A stretch of DNA of 32,000 nt from Halomicronema hongdechloris C2206 (GTDB lineage Bacteria > Cyanobacteriota > Cyanobacteriia > Phormidesmidales > Phormidesmidaceae): positions 4,380,001 to 4,412,000 of the forward strand of contig NZ_CP021983.2 in NCBI RefSeq assembly GCF_002075285.3. The letters run 5' to 3'. The notes under the pieces are model-generated. The model saw only the letters and a list, made by a program, of their open reading frames with translations. It did not search any database and had not been told where the DNA came from. The position numbers and the translations under genes were made by a program. Below, piece after piece: positions 1-9,856 of the stretch. Numbering within the stretch: position 1 is the stretch's first letter; each line of letters opens with the position of its first letter.

Positions 1-1
1 T

Positions 2-730
2 CTGATTGACTTAGCCAATCTCTGCAACGGTCATGACAATGTCACCGTAGGCTTGCTGCAGCTACAACCAGCTCCCTGTGAGCCCGATCCGCAACGGTTA
101 CTGGCAGCAGCAGCCATAGCGGCGCCCGAGCCGTTGGTGATGCCGTCTCCTGAGCAAGTGCCGCCACCAGCCCAGCGACTGAGAACGATATTTTGGGGAG
201 GGCTGCTGGCCCTTGGCGTCGGGGCCGGGGCCGGGCTTTGGTGGTGGCATTGGCAGCAACGGCAGGCCCTCATGCCTCGCCAGTCGCCTACGGCGCTCGC
301 CCCTGCCGAGGATAGTCTGCCGCGACCGAGTTCGTCGGTGTCAGCCGGCAAACTTCTGCAGGTGAAACAACCTATGGCAGTCAATGGGGCCTCTGGATCG
401 GCTCGATTCCTCGAGGTACACTCAACCCCTACGGCGGGTCCCCTAGATCAGGCTCTGGCTCATATCCCCCCAGGGAGTATTCTGAAGGTAGAGAAACGGC
501 AAGTCATTGCGGATAGTACTGCCTGGATAAGTATTGTTGTGTGTTCGGTGCCAGGGAGCAGCGCCTCTCCTGAATCAGCATCAAGGTCCGATTCTCCTGG
601 AGGTGCCTCTACTAGCGGCGTTTTGGCAACTCCTGGGCCGCCACTGGGGCCAGGAGACCAAGGGTGGATCCCAGAAGCCACCTTGATGACGCTGACTGAA
701 TCAACGCTAACTACTCCAGCCTGCCCCTAA
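2..730 (+). CDS. Partial (5'-truncated by the window) membrane-anchored protein with a Pro/Ala-rich linker, one TM helix and a C-terminal SH3b-like domain
   Basis: The frame of the listed ORF 53..730 stays open back to nt 2, so the TTG at 53 is probably not the start. TM segment IFWGGLLALGVGAGAGLWWWHW. SH3b-like pattern LLQVKQPMAV...ILKVEKRQV...AWISIVV...GDQGWIPEATL. Stop at 728-730. Confidence 0.4.
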   Translation: MIDLANLCNGHDNVTVGLLQLQPAPCEPDPQRLLAAAAIAAPEPLVMPSPEQVPPPAQRLRTIFWGGLLALGVGAGAGLWWWHWQQRQALMPRQSPTALAPAEDSLPRPSSSVSAGKLLQVKQPMAVNGASGSARFLEVHSTPTAGPLDQALAHIPPGSILKVEKRQVIADSTAWISIVVCSVPGSSASPESASRSDSPGGASTSGVLATPGPPLGPGDQGWIPEATLMTLTESTLTTPACP

Positions 731-759
731 TCGGCTGTTTGTTATTAGAGTCGCCCCAT

Positions 760-2406
760 ATGTCTTTGTCTGAGCCCCTCTCGCTTCAGCTTGCCATCGA
801 TCGGCTGACGGTTGCCGCAGAAGACCGCTACGCCATCTGGGTCCTGGAAAGTCCCTATCCAGGCGGCTATGTCCATCACGACCGGATTTGGGACGAGGCA
901 CTGTCTAATCTGTGGAGGAATTGGCAAGATTTTTTCTCGCTGCGGCCCTTACCGCAGGTTCCCCATGTCCCGTCTACCTATGTGCCTCAGTTTGATCGGG
1001 AGCGACTGTCCTCTATGGCCAACGGGGGGGAGCGACCTCGGGGCTATACCAGTCGTCTGATGCAGGATCTGGGCATTGCCCTGTGGCAATGGTTGTTTGA
1101 TGGCCCGATTCAGCAGAGTTTGGAGCGCAGTTTAGGAATGGCTATGGGCCAGGATAAGCCCTTGCGGATACGACTAGATATTCGCACGCCGGCTCTGATC
1201 AATGTGCCCTGGGAGATCATGCAAGCTCAGTCGGGGCGTCAGGCCATCGCCCTAAGCCAGCAAATTCTCTTTAGCCGCACCACTAGTGCGGTGGATCCGC
1301 TGCTGCCACAACGTCTGGATGGCGCGCTGCGCATTTTGCTGGTGTTAGGCCAGGATGAGGCTCTGACTGGCGATGGCCCTAACGCCGCAACACTGCAACT
1401 GCACGAAGAGGCCCAGGTGCTGAAGGAGCTGTTGGAGCAGGGGACTTCGGGTTTGAGAGACAGCAGCGACAAGGCCTTTTGCCAGGTACATACGCTGCTG
1501 CAACCCGAGCCGGCTGAGCTCATCCAGCAGTTGGAAACGGGGAATTACAATGTGTTTTTCTATGCTGGCCATGGCATTCCGGCTCCCGATGGCGGTCTGC
1601 TGTTTTTGCGGCCAGGGTCACCCCTCAATGGGACGGAGTTAGCCCAGGTATTGACCCGGCAGCGGATTAAACTGGCCGTGTTTAATGCCTGTTGGGGGGG
1701 ACAACCCGATCAACGTCCCCAGCGCACTATGGCCCGCAGCAGTCTGGCCGAGGTGCTGCTGCATCACGGGGTACCGGCGGTGTTAGCCATGCGGGACTCG
1801 ATTGCCGATGAGGAGGCGCTGAGCTTTATTCAGGCCTTTGCCCAGGCATTGGCGGAGCGTCGACCGGTGGAAGAGGCCGTTGCGATCGCACGCCAGCAGC
1901 TGCTCACCCTATACAAATTCAATCAACCGGCGTGGACTCTGCCGATGCTGTACATGCATCCCAGCTTCGATGGCGTCATCCTCAATCCGGTCGTCGACGA
2001 TGTTACCCGCCTGCCGGGGGAGTCGTCAGGTCACCAGCAACTAGCCACCCTCCGCTTCGTCAAAGATCCCGAGAGTGCCTGGCCCATCTATGGTGGTGTC
2101 CTTCGCATTGGTCGCCGCCCTGGCAACGATCTGGTGCTCTCCGAGCCCTGGGTATCGAGCCAACATGCCGAAATTTTCTGCCGCCACGGTAATACCCTGG
2201 GGCAGCCTGGTGCCACCTACTATCTGCGGGACTATTCCCGCTATGGCACCCTTTACCAGGTAGATCAGGGATGGCAGCAGGTCCATCGTGGCGAAATCGA
2301 GTTGACCCCTGGCACTCAATTACGCTTCGGCAGTCCCAATGGTCAATGCCTAGAATTCGTCATCGAAGATGTCTCCTCCTCTGCCTCTAGCTCTGCCTCC
2401 AAATGA
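760..2406 (+). CDS. CHAT (caspase-like) domain protein with a C-terminal FHA domain
   Basis: His/Cys dyad context FFYAGHG and VFNACWGG, typical of CHAT. C-terminal FHA signature LRIGRRPGNDLVLSEPWVSSQHAEI...YYLRDYSRYGTLY...LRFGS. ATG at 760 preferred over the TTG at 739. Confidence 0.8.
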   Translation: MSLSEPLSLQLAIDRLTVAAEDRYAIWVLESPYPGGYVHHDRIWDEALSNLWRNWQDFFSLRPLPQVPHVPSTYVPQFDRERLSSMANGGERPRGYTSRLMQDLGIALWQWLFDGPIQQSLERSLGMAMGQDKPLRIRLDIRTPALINVPWEIMQAQSGRQAIALSQQILFSRTTSAVDPLLPQRLDGALRILLVLGQDEALTGDGPNAATLQLHEEAQVLKELLEQGTSGLRDSSDKAFCQVHTLLQPEPAELIQQLETGNYNVFFYAGHGIPAPDGGLLFLRPGSPLNGTELAQVLTRQRIKLAVFNACWGGQPDQRPQRTMARSSLAEVLLHHGVPAVLAMRDSIADEEALSFIQAFAQALAERRPVEEAVAIARQQLLTLYKFNQPAWTLPMLYMHPSFDGVILNPVVDDVTRLPGESSGHQQLATLRFVKDPESAWPIYGGVLRIGRRPGNDLVLSEPWVSSQHAEIFCRHGNTLGQPGATYYLRDYSRYGTLYQVDQGWQQVHRGEIELTPGTQLRFGSPNGQCLEFVIEDVSSSASSSASK

Positions 2407-2589
2407 GTTTGGTAAAGTAGGTGTATAAATTTTCTGGCCTTGCGGAACGGGGAATGAACGTGATGTAGCTACTGGATGTCAACACCTAGGCCATGTTCAG
2501 TGCTGAGCAGGTAGCTGATACCGAGAGGCTCAGAATGCAGGCTAAATGTGGGTAGGTTACTCTTTGTATCTTGGGTTCTAGGCAACGTT

Positions 2590-3204
2590 ATGGCCAACGA
2601 TTCACGCAAGCCGTCCGCATCACAATCGGGGCGCATCCGCGCAGAGCAGGAACTGTTCCACGCCATTCTAGACGAGCGGGAGCCGTATCCCTGGCAGCCC
2701 CACGCTCCGCAACAGGAGGCCTATTTCAGCGAGTTGGAGACCGAATGGGGCCAAGTGGAATTGGCTCCCGAGGAACGACAAACTCGCTGGCAAGCCTTCT
2801 CGACTCAGCTGCAGGCTCTCTGGGCCGAAGCCCCCGCTTTGGAGCAAACGACCCTCTTCAACCTGCTGAAGCGGCAGTTTCAAGATCGCATGCCAGACGT
2901 CTTGCTGCAGCAAATTTCCCAGCAGGCCATGGCCCTGGTCCGCCAGGGAGATCCGCTCATCGACCGCCTCGTCACCTGTGTCCACAACCTGATGCCGGAG
3001 TGGGATCCAGAAGACCTGGCTGTTCTAGCCCGGCCCTTGGCCTATTCCCTCAGAGATGGCCGCGAGGAAGTACTAGACCTGACCCTGCGTTCGGTCCGAT
3101 CCACGGAGTGGGATAGCCTATCGGCCATCGAACGAGCCCGACTCGGTCTGGCCATTACCTGCTATGCCCTGAGCCAAGCCCAGGCCCTGGAGCAAGACTC
3201 GTAA
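2590..3204 (+). CDS. Conserved cyanobacterial hypothetical protein
   Basis: Long ORF with coherent composition. The N-terminal EPYPWQP...EAYFSELE motif resembles a family I recall as widespread in cyanobacteria. ATG at 2590 (MANDSRK) preferred over the upstream alternative start. Confidence 0.5.
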   Translation: MANDSRKPSASQSGRIRAEQELFHAILDEREPYPWQPHAPQQEAYFSELETEWGQVELAPEERQTRWQAFSTQLQALWAEAPALEQTTLFNLLKRQFQDRMPDVLLQQISQQAMALVRQGDPLIDRLVTCVHNLMPEWDPEDLAVLARPLAYSLRDGREEVLDLTLRSVRSTEWDSLSAIERARLGLAITCYALSQAQALEQDS

Positions 3205-3322
3205 GCCAGTAGGGGCTCAGGGTTGCGATGGTCAAAGCCGGCCCTGAAGGAGCACCGCCCCCGGACTGGAAAAGTGAGTTATCCCATGGCTCCTGGGAAG
3301 GGGCAGGGGAGTAGGCTGGGGC

Positions 3323-4759
3323 CTAGGAACCAGGATCACCAGTGGTTCCTCCATCGAGCCAACCTTCCTGGCTTGCTGCTGCCTCCGATTCAGTGGCGGC
3401 GGCGGTCCCATCGGCATCGTCACTTTCTGCCGTGGCCATCGGCTCGTCACCCTGGGTATCGCCAGTCTCGACATCCCCTGTCGGCTCGGCAGGGGTAGCC
3501 TCGTCAGCCTCGTCAGCGGCCGTCGGCAGGTCTCCGCGCAGACGGCGGATTTGATTGCGAAAGTAGCCCTGGCGATAGTCCATGTGCTGGGCCACGATCA
3601 GGCCCTCGCGAAAGGCCGCCATGGCCAAGTCGGTCTGCCCCTGGGCGGCATAGAGCTGCCCCAGCTGATCGAAGACAGCGGCGATGCCATAGGCGTTATA
3701 GCTTTGCCGCTCTAGCTGCAGCAGCAGTTCATAGAGATAGACGGTGTCGTCGACCCGCTCTAGGGATTGATAGATCTCGGCCAGCTCTCGCACGATGTCA
3801 CTGGCTTGGGCAAATTGTTGCTGAACAATGGCGTCTTCGTAGGCACGCCGATAGAAGGTTGCCGCCTGATTTAATTGATCGATGGCGCGGTAGTTACGTG
3901 CGATCGCAGCTTCTAAGGCCGGAATCGGGCTGAGCAACTCCACCTGGCGATAGTGCTGCAGTAGCTGTTGCTGGGCCGTAATTGTCTCCTGGTAACGGCG
4001 CTGTTGCTGCTGCGAATCGATCAAGGCCTGCAGGTAGCGCTGTTTTAAGACAGCATCATCTTCAGAGAGTAATTCTTCAGGCGGTAACCGCTCCAACAAC
4101 TCCTGATAGGTCTCTGCCGCCGCCGCAAACTTAAACCACGCCTGCTGTAGGCGTCCCTGGGCCTGTAGCCAATAGCGATAGGCGACTTGATTGTCCTGGG
4201 CTTGGGCCTGCTGTTTTAGCAGCTCATAGGTGGCAATTGCCTCATCGGGGTTGCCCAGCACCTCAAAGCCCACCGCCGTCTCCTGTAACCGCCGCTGATC
4301 TAGGGGAGATTGCTCTGCTAAGTTATCTCGAATCTGCTGCAGCCGCACCGTGAGTAGTTGCACATCTTGGGTGCGGCCGGCCTGGCGCACTCGCTGTCCC
4401 ACCCGCTGAATCGCCGCCAACTCCTGATCGAGGCCCAAGAGCCGCCGCAGTCGCACCTCCCGCATCCAGGCGTCATAGGCTGGCTCTGGCTGTCCGGTTT
4501 GAGACAGGGCCAAGGCCTGCTGGTGCAACTGGTCCAGATCCAGTTCTAATTGATACTTCTCTAGGGGGCTCAGGGGACGCTGGATCGGATGCACTGGCAA
4601 CAGGGGATCCCGAGGCTCATCCAACAACGGATCTGACAGAAATTCTTGCCGCACCACAATATCCAGGGTCTGCCCCATGGCTGGCAGCTGACAGCACAGC
4701 CAAAACAGCGCCAGACCACTCCAGCCTGCTAAACGAGCCCACTGACGCTGTCTAGTCAT
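3323..4759 (-). CDS. Secreted or membrane-anchored TPR-repeat protein with an acidic C-terminal tail
   Basis: N-terminal signal-like MTRQRQWARLAGWSGLALFWLCCQLPAMG. Repeated ~34-aa helical A/Y/L-rich units (AIATYELLKQQAQ, AAETYQELL, ATFYRRAYEDA, LGQLYAAQGQTDLAMAAFREG). D/E/T-rich tail. ATG at 4759; the TTG at 4777 is also possible. Confidence 0.6.
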   Translation of the reverse strand: MTRQRQWARLAGWSGLALFWLCCQLPAMGQTLDIVVRQEFLSDPLLDEPRDPLLPVHPIQRPLSPLEKYQLELDLDQLHQQALALSQTGQPEPAYDAWMREVRLRRLLGLDQELAAIQRVGQRVRQAGRTQDVQLLTVRLQQIRDNLAEQSPLDQRRLQETAVGFEVLGNPDEAIATYELLKQQAQAQDNQVAYRYWLQAQGRLQQAWFKFAAAAETYQELLERLPPEELLSEDDAVLKQRYLQALIDSQQQQRRYQETITAQQQLLQHYRQVELLSPIPALEAAIARNYRAIDQLNQAATFYRRAYEDAIVQQQFAQASDIVRELAEIYQSLERVDDTVYLYELLLQLERQSYNAYGIAAVFDQLGQLYAAQGQTDLAMAAFREGLIVAQHMDYRQGYFRNQIRRLRGDLPTAADEADEATPAEPTGDVETGDTQGDEPMATAESDDADGTAAATESEAAASQEGWLDGGTTGDPGS

Positions 4760-4936
4760 AACCTGCCCTATTGCCAATCGTCACCACAAATCATAGCCTC
4801 TATCGGTAGACGCCTCAGGTATCCCAGAGGTTGCAGCCCTAGGAATGGGACCAGAGTACGGTAATCTAAAGATCCGGCAATTTATCCTGTCGCGGACTTG
4901 CCAGCCCATTGGTCTGCCTTCCATACACGATTGACT

Positions 4937-5902
4937 ATGTCTGCCACTGTTCCGTCTACCGCCACCCGCACCATTTGCATCGGTTCCCGCAAGAGTCAGC
5001 TTGCCCTGGTTCAAACCTACTGGGTGCAAGAACAGTTGCAGCACCAGTTTCCCCATCTCACCTTCGAAGTGAGAACCATGGAGACCCAAGGCGATAAAGT
5101 GCTGGATGTCTCCCTCTCCAAAATTGGGGATAAGGGACTATTCACCCAAGAACTGGAAAACTCCATGCTGCAAGGGCAGATCGATTTTGCCGTCCATTCC
5201 CTGAAAGACTTACCGACGCGGTTGCCAGACGGGCTGATGCTGGGCTGCGTCACCGAGCGGGAAAATCCGGCCGATGCCTTGGTTGTCCATGAAAGGCATT
5301 TAGATAAGCAGCTGGAAACCCTACCTGCTGGCTCAATTATCGGGACATCATCCTTAAGGCGGTTAGCGCAACTGCGGCACCACTACCCCCACTTCACCTT
5401 CAAAGACATTCGCGGCAACCTCAACACCCGCCTGCGCAAGCTGGATGACGGTCAATACGACGCCATCATTCTGGCAGTGGCCGGGTTGCAGCGCCTAGAT
5501 ATGGCCGCTCGCATCCATCAAGTGCTGCCCTCTGACGTTTCTCTCCACGCCGTCGGTCAAGGGGCCCTGGGGATTGAGTGCCGCCAGGGAGATGGGGAAA
5601 TCTTGGATCTTTTACAAGCCTTGGAGCATCCTCCCACCAAATCTCGCTGCTTAGCTGAGCGGGCTTTCTTGCGGGAATTAGAGGGCGGCTGCCAGGTCCC
5701 CATCGGCGTGAACACGGTCATCGAAGGGGAGCAGCTGACTCTAACTGGTGTCGTGGCCAGTCTGGATGGTCAAACCCTGGTGAAGGACAAGGTGTCTGGA
5801 CCCACGGCGGAGGCTGAAGCCATGGGCACCCGATTGGCGAAAGCCCTCCGCAGTCAGGGGGCCCAAGCCATTCTAGATGAGATTACCTGGGCCCATCGCT
5901 AA
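4937..5902 (+). CDS. hemC: Hydroxymethylbilane synthase (porphobilinogen deaminase)
   Basis: [13 protein letters not shown]..., [30 protein letters not shown], and cofactor-Cys context [11 protein letters not shown]. Typical length from the ATG at 4937. Confidence 0.93.
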   Translation: MSATVPSTATRTICIGSRKSQLALVQTYWVQEQLQHQFPHLTFEVRTMETQGDKVLDVSLSKIGDKGLFTQELENSMLQGQIDFAVHSLKDLPTRLPDGLMLGCVTERENPADALVVHERHLDKQLETLPAGSIIGTSSLRRLAQLRHHYPHFTFKDIRGNLNTRLRKLDDGQYDAIILAVAGLQRLDMAARIHQVLPSDVSLHAVGQGALGIECRQGDGEILDLLQALEHPPTKSRCLAERAFLRELEGGCQVPIGVNTVIEGEQLTLTGVVASLDGQTLVKDKVSGPTAEAEAMGTRLAKALRSQGAQAILDEITWAHR

Positions 5903-5917
5903 GCCTTATCGGTAGGA

Positions 5918-5933
5918 CCAGCATAGGTGCTGG
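5918..5933. terminator. Hairpin between convergent hemC and hpnH (possible bidirectional terminator)
   Basis: CCAGCA-tagg-TGCTGG, a 6-bp stem further flanked by TAGGA...TCCTA. No U-tract on either strand. Confidence 0.3.
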
Positions 5934-5954
5934 CCCCTCCTATGCGGCTACGCC

Positions 5955-6968
5955 CTAACTAAATAAGCTCGTGAGCGCGCGGCCCATGTTCTGCGGTTGT
6001 AGGGCATCCATGGCCGCGGTAGGTTCGTAGCCGCAGTGCACCATGCAGTCGGCACACTTGGGATTACCGCTCTGGTGACCGTAGTTCTCCCAATCGGTTT
6101 CCTCAATCAGTTGCTTGAAGGTACTGTAATGGCCTTCATTCATGAGATAGCAAGGCTTTTGCCAGCCCAGTACGCTATAGCTGGGGCTGCCCCAGGGGGT
6201 GCAGGCATACTCCTTCTCCCCAGTTAAAAAGTCGAGAAACAAGGGATTGTGGTTGAAATCCCAATTCTTTTCGCCCGCTTTGAAGGGGGCCAGAATTTCC
6301 CGAAATAGGGCTTTGGTATGCTCCCGCTGCAGGAAGTGTTCCTGGTCGGGGGCCCACTCGTAACTATAGCCTGGCGAGACCATCATGCCATCGACGCCGA
6401 CGTCGCTGAGAAAGTCGAACAGTGCCTGAATTTCCTTGGGATCGGTGCCATCAAACACGGTGGTATTGGTTGTGACTCGGAAGCCACAGGCTTTAGCGGC
6501 GCGAATGGCGCTAATGGCAATATCGAAGACGCCCTGGCGATCAACGCAGTGGTCATGCAGCTCTTTCAAGCCATCGAGATGAATGCTGAAGGTGAGGTAA
6601 GGCGAGGGTTCGAACTTATGTAAGCTCTTCTCGAGCAAAATCCCATTGGTACAGAGGTAGATAAACTTGCGCCGTTGTACTAGACCTGTCACAATCTCGT
6701 CGATTTGCGGATGTAGTAAGGGTTCTCCCCCAGGAATCGACACCACCGGGGCACCGCATTCCTCCACAGCAGCAAAGCACTCGTCTGGGGACAGATGCTG
6801 CTTGAGGATTTCTTTGGGATGCTGGATTTTGCCACAGCCGGAGCAAGCTAGGTTACAGCGAAACAGCGGTTCCAGCATCAACACTAGAGGAAACCGCTTA
6901 CGTCCCCGCAGCCGTTGGCGAACCAGATATTGCCCTACGGCAAGGGCTTGTTGTAAATGAATGGCCAT
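5955..6968 (-). CDS. hpnH: Radical-SAM adenosyl-hopene transferase
   Basis: [20 protein letters not shown]...[18 protein letters not shown] (CxxxCxxC radical-SAM cluster motif) with the characteristic HpnH N- and C-termini. Located in a cluster with shc. ATG at 6968 preferred over 7025. Confidence 0.9.
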   Translation of the reverse strand: MAIHLQQALAVGQYLVRQRLRGRKRFPLVLMLEPLFRCNLACSGCGKIQHPKEILKQHLSPDECFAAVEECGAPVVSIPGGEPLLHPQIDEIVTGLVQRRKFIYLCTNGILLEKSLHKFEPSPYLTFSIHLDGLKELHDHCVDRQGVFDIAISAIRAAKACGFRVTTNTTVFDGTDPKEIQALFDFLSDVGVDGMMVSPGYSYEWAPDQEHFLQREHTKALFREILAPFKAGEKNWDFNHNPLFLDFLTGEKEYACTPWGSPSYSVLGWQKPCYLMNEGHYSTFKQLIEETDWENYGHQSGNPKCADCMVHCGYEPTAAMDALQPQNMGRALTSLFS

Positions 6969-7112
6969 AGCGTATTCACCCCTCACGTCAACCAGACGCC
7001 CCGTTGGTTGATGCGGTGACGTCATAGGTTACATGGTAACGGGGGAATGGGGAGTAGACGTGAGATAGCCCTGAGAAACTATAGGGATATGGGCAATATT
7101 CAGTCGTTAGTC

Positions 7113-9785
7113 CTAGGCACGCCACCGCAGCCAGCGCCAACTATCCTCCAGCAGTGTGTACAGCACCGGCACCACGATCAGGCTGAGCAGAGCCGACGTA
7201 AAGAGACCGCCGATGATGGCCACGGCCATGGGCTGACGCAGTTCAGCCCCGGCTCCCCAACCGATGGCGATGGGCAGCATGCCCAGAATGGTCGATGCCG
7301 TCGTCATCAGAATCGGGCGCAGCCGCACCATACCCGTTTTAAGGATGGCCTCGGTGCGCGCTAAGCCGTCGCGCCGCAGCTGGTTGATGTAGTCCAGCAG
7401 TAACAGGGCATTTTTATCCAGCAGGCCCAGCAAGAACAACAGGCCGATTAAGGAAATCATGCCAAATTCGCTGCCGGTGATCAGCAGGGCTAGGGTGGCC
7501 CCTACTAGGGATAGGGGCAACGACAGCACCACCACCAGCGGCTCCAACAGACGACCGAAGGGTAGCATCAGCACCAGCAGCATGCAGAGGATGGCCAGGG
7601 CCAAGATCTGAAGGAAACTCCGTAAGACGCTGCCGGCTCGGGCCGAGTCGCTGCCCAGATCCAGGTCTACACCGGCGGGCAATTGGGGAGTCGCCAGGGA
7701 GACCACCTTTTGGGTGGCATCTCCCAGGGCTAGGTCAGGGGCCAGGTTGGCGTTGATGTAAGCAACCCGCTGACCGTCGAGATGGTCAATCTGACCAATC
7801 TCACCGTCGGTGGTGTCGTCGCCGGTGGCATTGACATCGACAAAGCCGGATAATTCAACGATATCGGCTTTAATGGCCTGGGTTGTTACCTGCAACGCCT
7901 CGATATCACTGCCCAGCAGGGCGATTTGCAGCGGTTTCTCGCCACCGGTGTCGACGAAGGGAATCGCCTCGACGCTGACTTGGCTGCCCTCGGGTACCGG
8001 CAGAGTCGCCCGCATGACCGCTTGCACCTCGGCGGTGGTCGCTTCCCGGTCGTCTCGCAGCCGCACATACAGCAGGGCGCGGTTGGGGGTACCGCGATCG
8101 CCAATGGTGGTGAAGACGGTGTCTACCTCAGTGGTGGCTAGCGCGGCGGCTGCCAAGTCGGTGATGGTGCGTTGGGTGGCCTCTAACAGGAAGGCCCGAC
8201 CATCGGTTGCGGCGGTGAGTCGATCTGAGGCTGTGGGGAAATCGCCGCGGTTGGCGCCTGTAGGAGTGTCTTGGGAGGGCAGGGCGGTGGTGACGACGAC
8301 ATTGAATTCTCCTCGGTCCAGCTGGGGGATAAAGCCCTGGGGAATCAAGGGAATTAGGGTTACTCCTGCCCCTAGGCTCAGTAAGGCCAGGCCCACGATG
8401 ATCCAGCGATGCTGCAAGGACCAGGCCAGCAGGTGGCGATAGCCCAGGCTGAGGCCATCAATCCTAGAGGCCTCTGGGGCATCATCGGGGTGGGAGGAAT
8501 CGCGATGGGGCCTGAGCCAGTAGACCGACAATACGGGCGATAGGGTGCGGGCAATCAGCAGGGAGATTAAGACGGCGGCGGAGACGGTGAGGCCGAAGGG
8601 CTTGAAGAATTGCCCCACGGTTCCTTCCATCAGGGCCACGGGTAGAAAGACGGCGACGATGGTGAGGGTGGCAGCGGATACAGTCAGGCCGATTTCCTGG
8701 GTCGCTAATAGGGCGGCCCGGCGCGGAGAATTGCCCTCGTCGATGTGGCGCACGATATTTTCTACCTCGACGATGGCGTCGTCGACGATGATGCCGATGA
8801 CCAGGGCTAGAGCCAGCAGGGTGATGGTCTCTAGGTTGAACTGGTAGCTGGCCATGACGATGGCGGTGCCCAGCAGAGAAATGGGAATGGCCAGGGCGGT
8901 GATCAGGGTGGCCCGCCAGTTTCGTAGAAATAAAAAGATCACGCCGACGGCAATGAGAATGGCCAGTATCAGAGAATCAATGGTGGCTTGGACGGCCTCT
9001 TGGATATAGTCGGCCTGGGTGGCGGCCTGGGTGAGTTGCAGCTGCGGATATTGAGTCCGGAGTTGTTCGACTTGCTGCTCGACTTGTCGGACCACCTCTA
9101 GGGTATTGGCCTGGGCCTGTTTGATTATCCGCAGGGCCAGGGCTTGGTCGCCGTTGAACTGGATCAGGGTAGGGAGCTGTGCGATGGCGGCGTCAGTGTC
9201 GGGGGTCGGGGGTTGGGCCTGGCCTAGGATATCGACGCGGGAGACGCCGGCAATGGTTGCGATCGCAGGGGCGATGTCGGCCTCTGCGACGGTCGCCAAC
9301 TCCTGCAGAGAACGACCGTCGTCGGTAATGGCATAACTAACCACCGCCGATTCATTCAAATTCAGCGGCGTCATCTGATAGCTGGCACCCGTCGGTAGGT
9401 CTAAGGCATCTAATTCAGCCTCGACCGCCTCACTGGCGGCCGTCAACTGTCGCCCCACCTTGAAGGAGAGATTGACCACGGCCCGTCCTGGGTAAGAGAC
9501 CGACCGAATTTCCTGGAGATCCTCCAGGGATTGCAGCTGACCTTCCAGAGGAGTCGTCAGCTCCGCCTCTGTGACCAGGGCCGTCTCGAAGGGACCATTG
9601 GCAGTCACCACCACCACTGGAAAGGTGATGTCGGGAAACAGGGCATATTTAAGGGAGCCAAAGGCGAATAGACCGGCTACAGTAACGGCAATCCAGAAGC
9701 CAATGGTCAGCCAAGGAAAGCGAATGGCTAAGCGAGAAATATTGAGATGGTGCCGCAGTGCTGGACTGAATAGGCCCTTTTGCAT
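7113..9785 (-). CDS. AcrB/HAE-type RND efflux permease, short form (890 aa)
   Basis: TM1 plus FPDITFPVVVV; the TM2-6 block LFLRNWRATLITALAIPISL...VIGIIVDDAIVEVENIVRH; the C-terminal block LLDKNALLLLDY...VRLRPILMTTASTILGMLP. Twelve-TM architecture with two periplasmic loops. Confidence 0.85.
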   Translation of the reverse strand: MQKGLFSPALRHHLNISRLAIRFPWLTIGFWIAVTVAGLFAFGSLKYALFPDITFPVVVVTANGPFETALVTEAELTTPLEGQLQSLEDLQEIRSVSYPGRAVVNLSFKVGRQLTAASEAVEAELDALDLPTGASYQMTPLNLNESAVVSYAITDDGRSLQELATVAEADIAPAIATIAGVSRVDILGQAQPPTPDTDAAIAQLPTLIQFNGDQALALRIIKQAQANTLEVVRQVEQQVEQLRTQYPQLQLTQAATQADYIQEAVQATIDSLILAILIAVGVIFLFLRNWRATLITALAIPISLLGTAIVMASYQFNLETITLLALALVIGIIVDDAIVEVENIVRHIDEGNSPRRAALLATQEIGLTVSAATLTIVAVFLPVALMEGTVGQFFKPFGLTVSAAVLISLLIARTLSPVLSVYWLRPHRDSSHPDDAPEASRIDGLSLGYRHLLAWSLQHRWIIVGLALLSLGAGVTLIPLIPQGFIPQLDRGEFNVVVTTALPSQDTPTGANRGDFPTASDRLTAATDGRAFLLEATQRTITDLAAAALATTEVDTVFTTIGDRGTPNRALLYVRLRDDREATTAEVQAVMRATLPVPEGSQVSVEAIPFVDTGGEKPLQIALLGSDIEALQVTTQAIKADIVELSGFVDVNATGDDTTDGEIGQIDHLDGQRVAYINANLAPDLALGDATQKVVSLATPQLPAGVDLDLGSDSARAGSVLRSFLQILALAILCMLLVLMLPFGRLLEPLVVVLSLPLSLVGATLALLITGSEFGMISLIGLLFLLGLLDKNALLLLDYINQLRRDGLARTEAILKTGMVRLRPILMTTASTILGMLPIAIGWGAGAELRQPMAVAIIGGLFTSALLSLIVVPVLYTLLEDSWRWLRWRA

Positions 9786-9856
9786 AGAGTCAACCGCTAC
9801 CAGCGGGGGGTATCGTCATGGTTGGGGCGGTAGAGTGGAACATGACCTAGACTAGC

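Noticed and set aside
739-759. TTG start at 739 for the CHAT-FHA gene, and similar upstream alternative starts (4898 for hemC, 7025 for hpnH, 30340 for iaaA, 2548 for the hypothetical).
   Set aside because: The downstream ATG codons give N-termini that match the family pattern (for example MSATV...ICIGSRKS for Hem[10 protein letters not shown] for HpnH, ...MIHGGAG for IaaA). The upstream extensions look like non-conserved filler.
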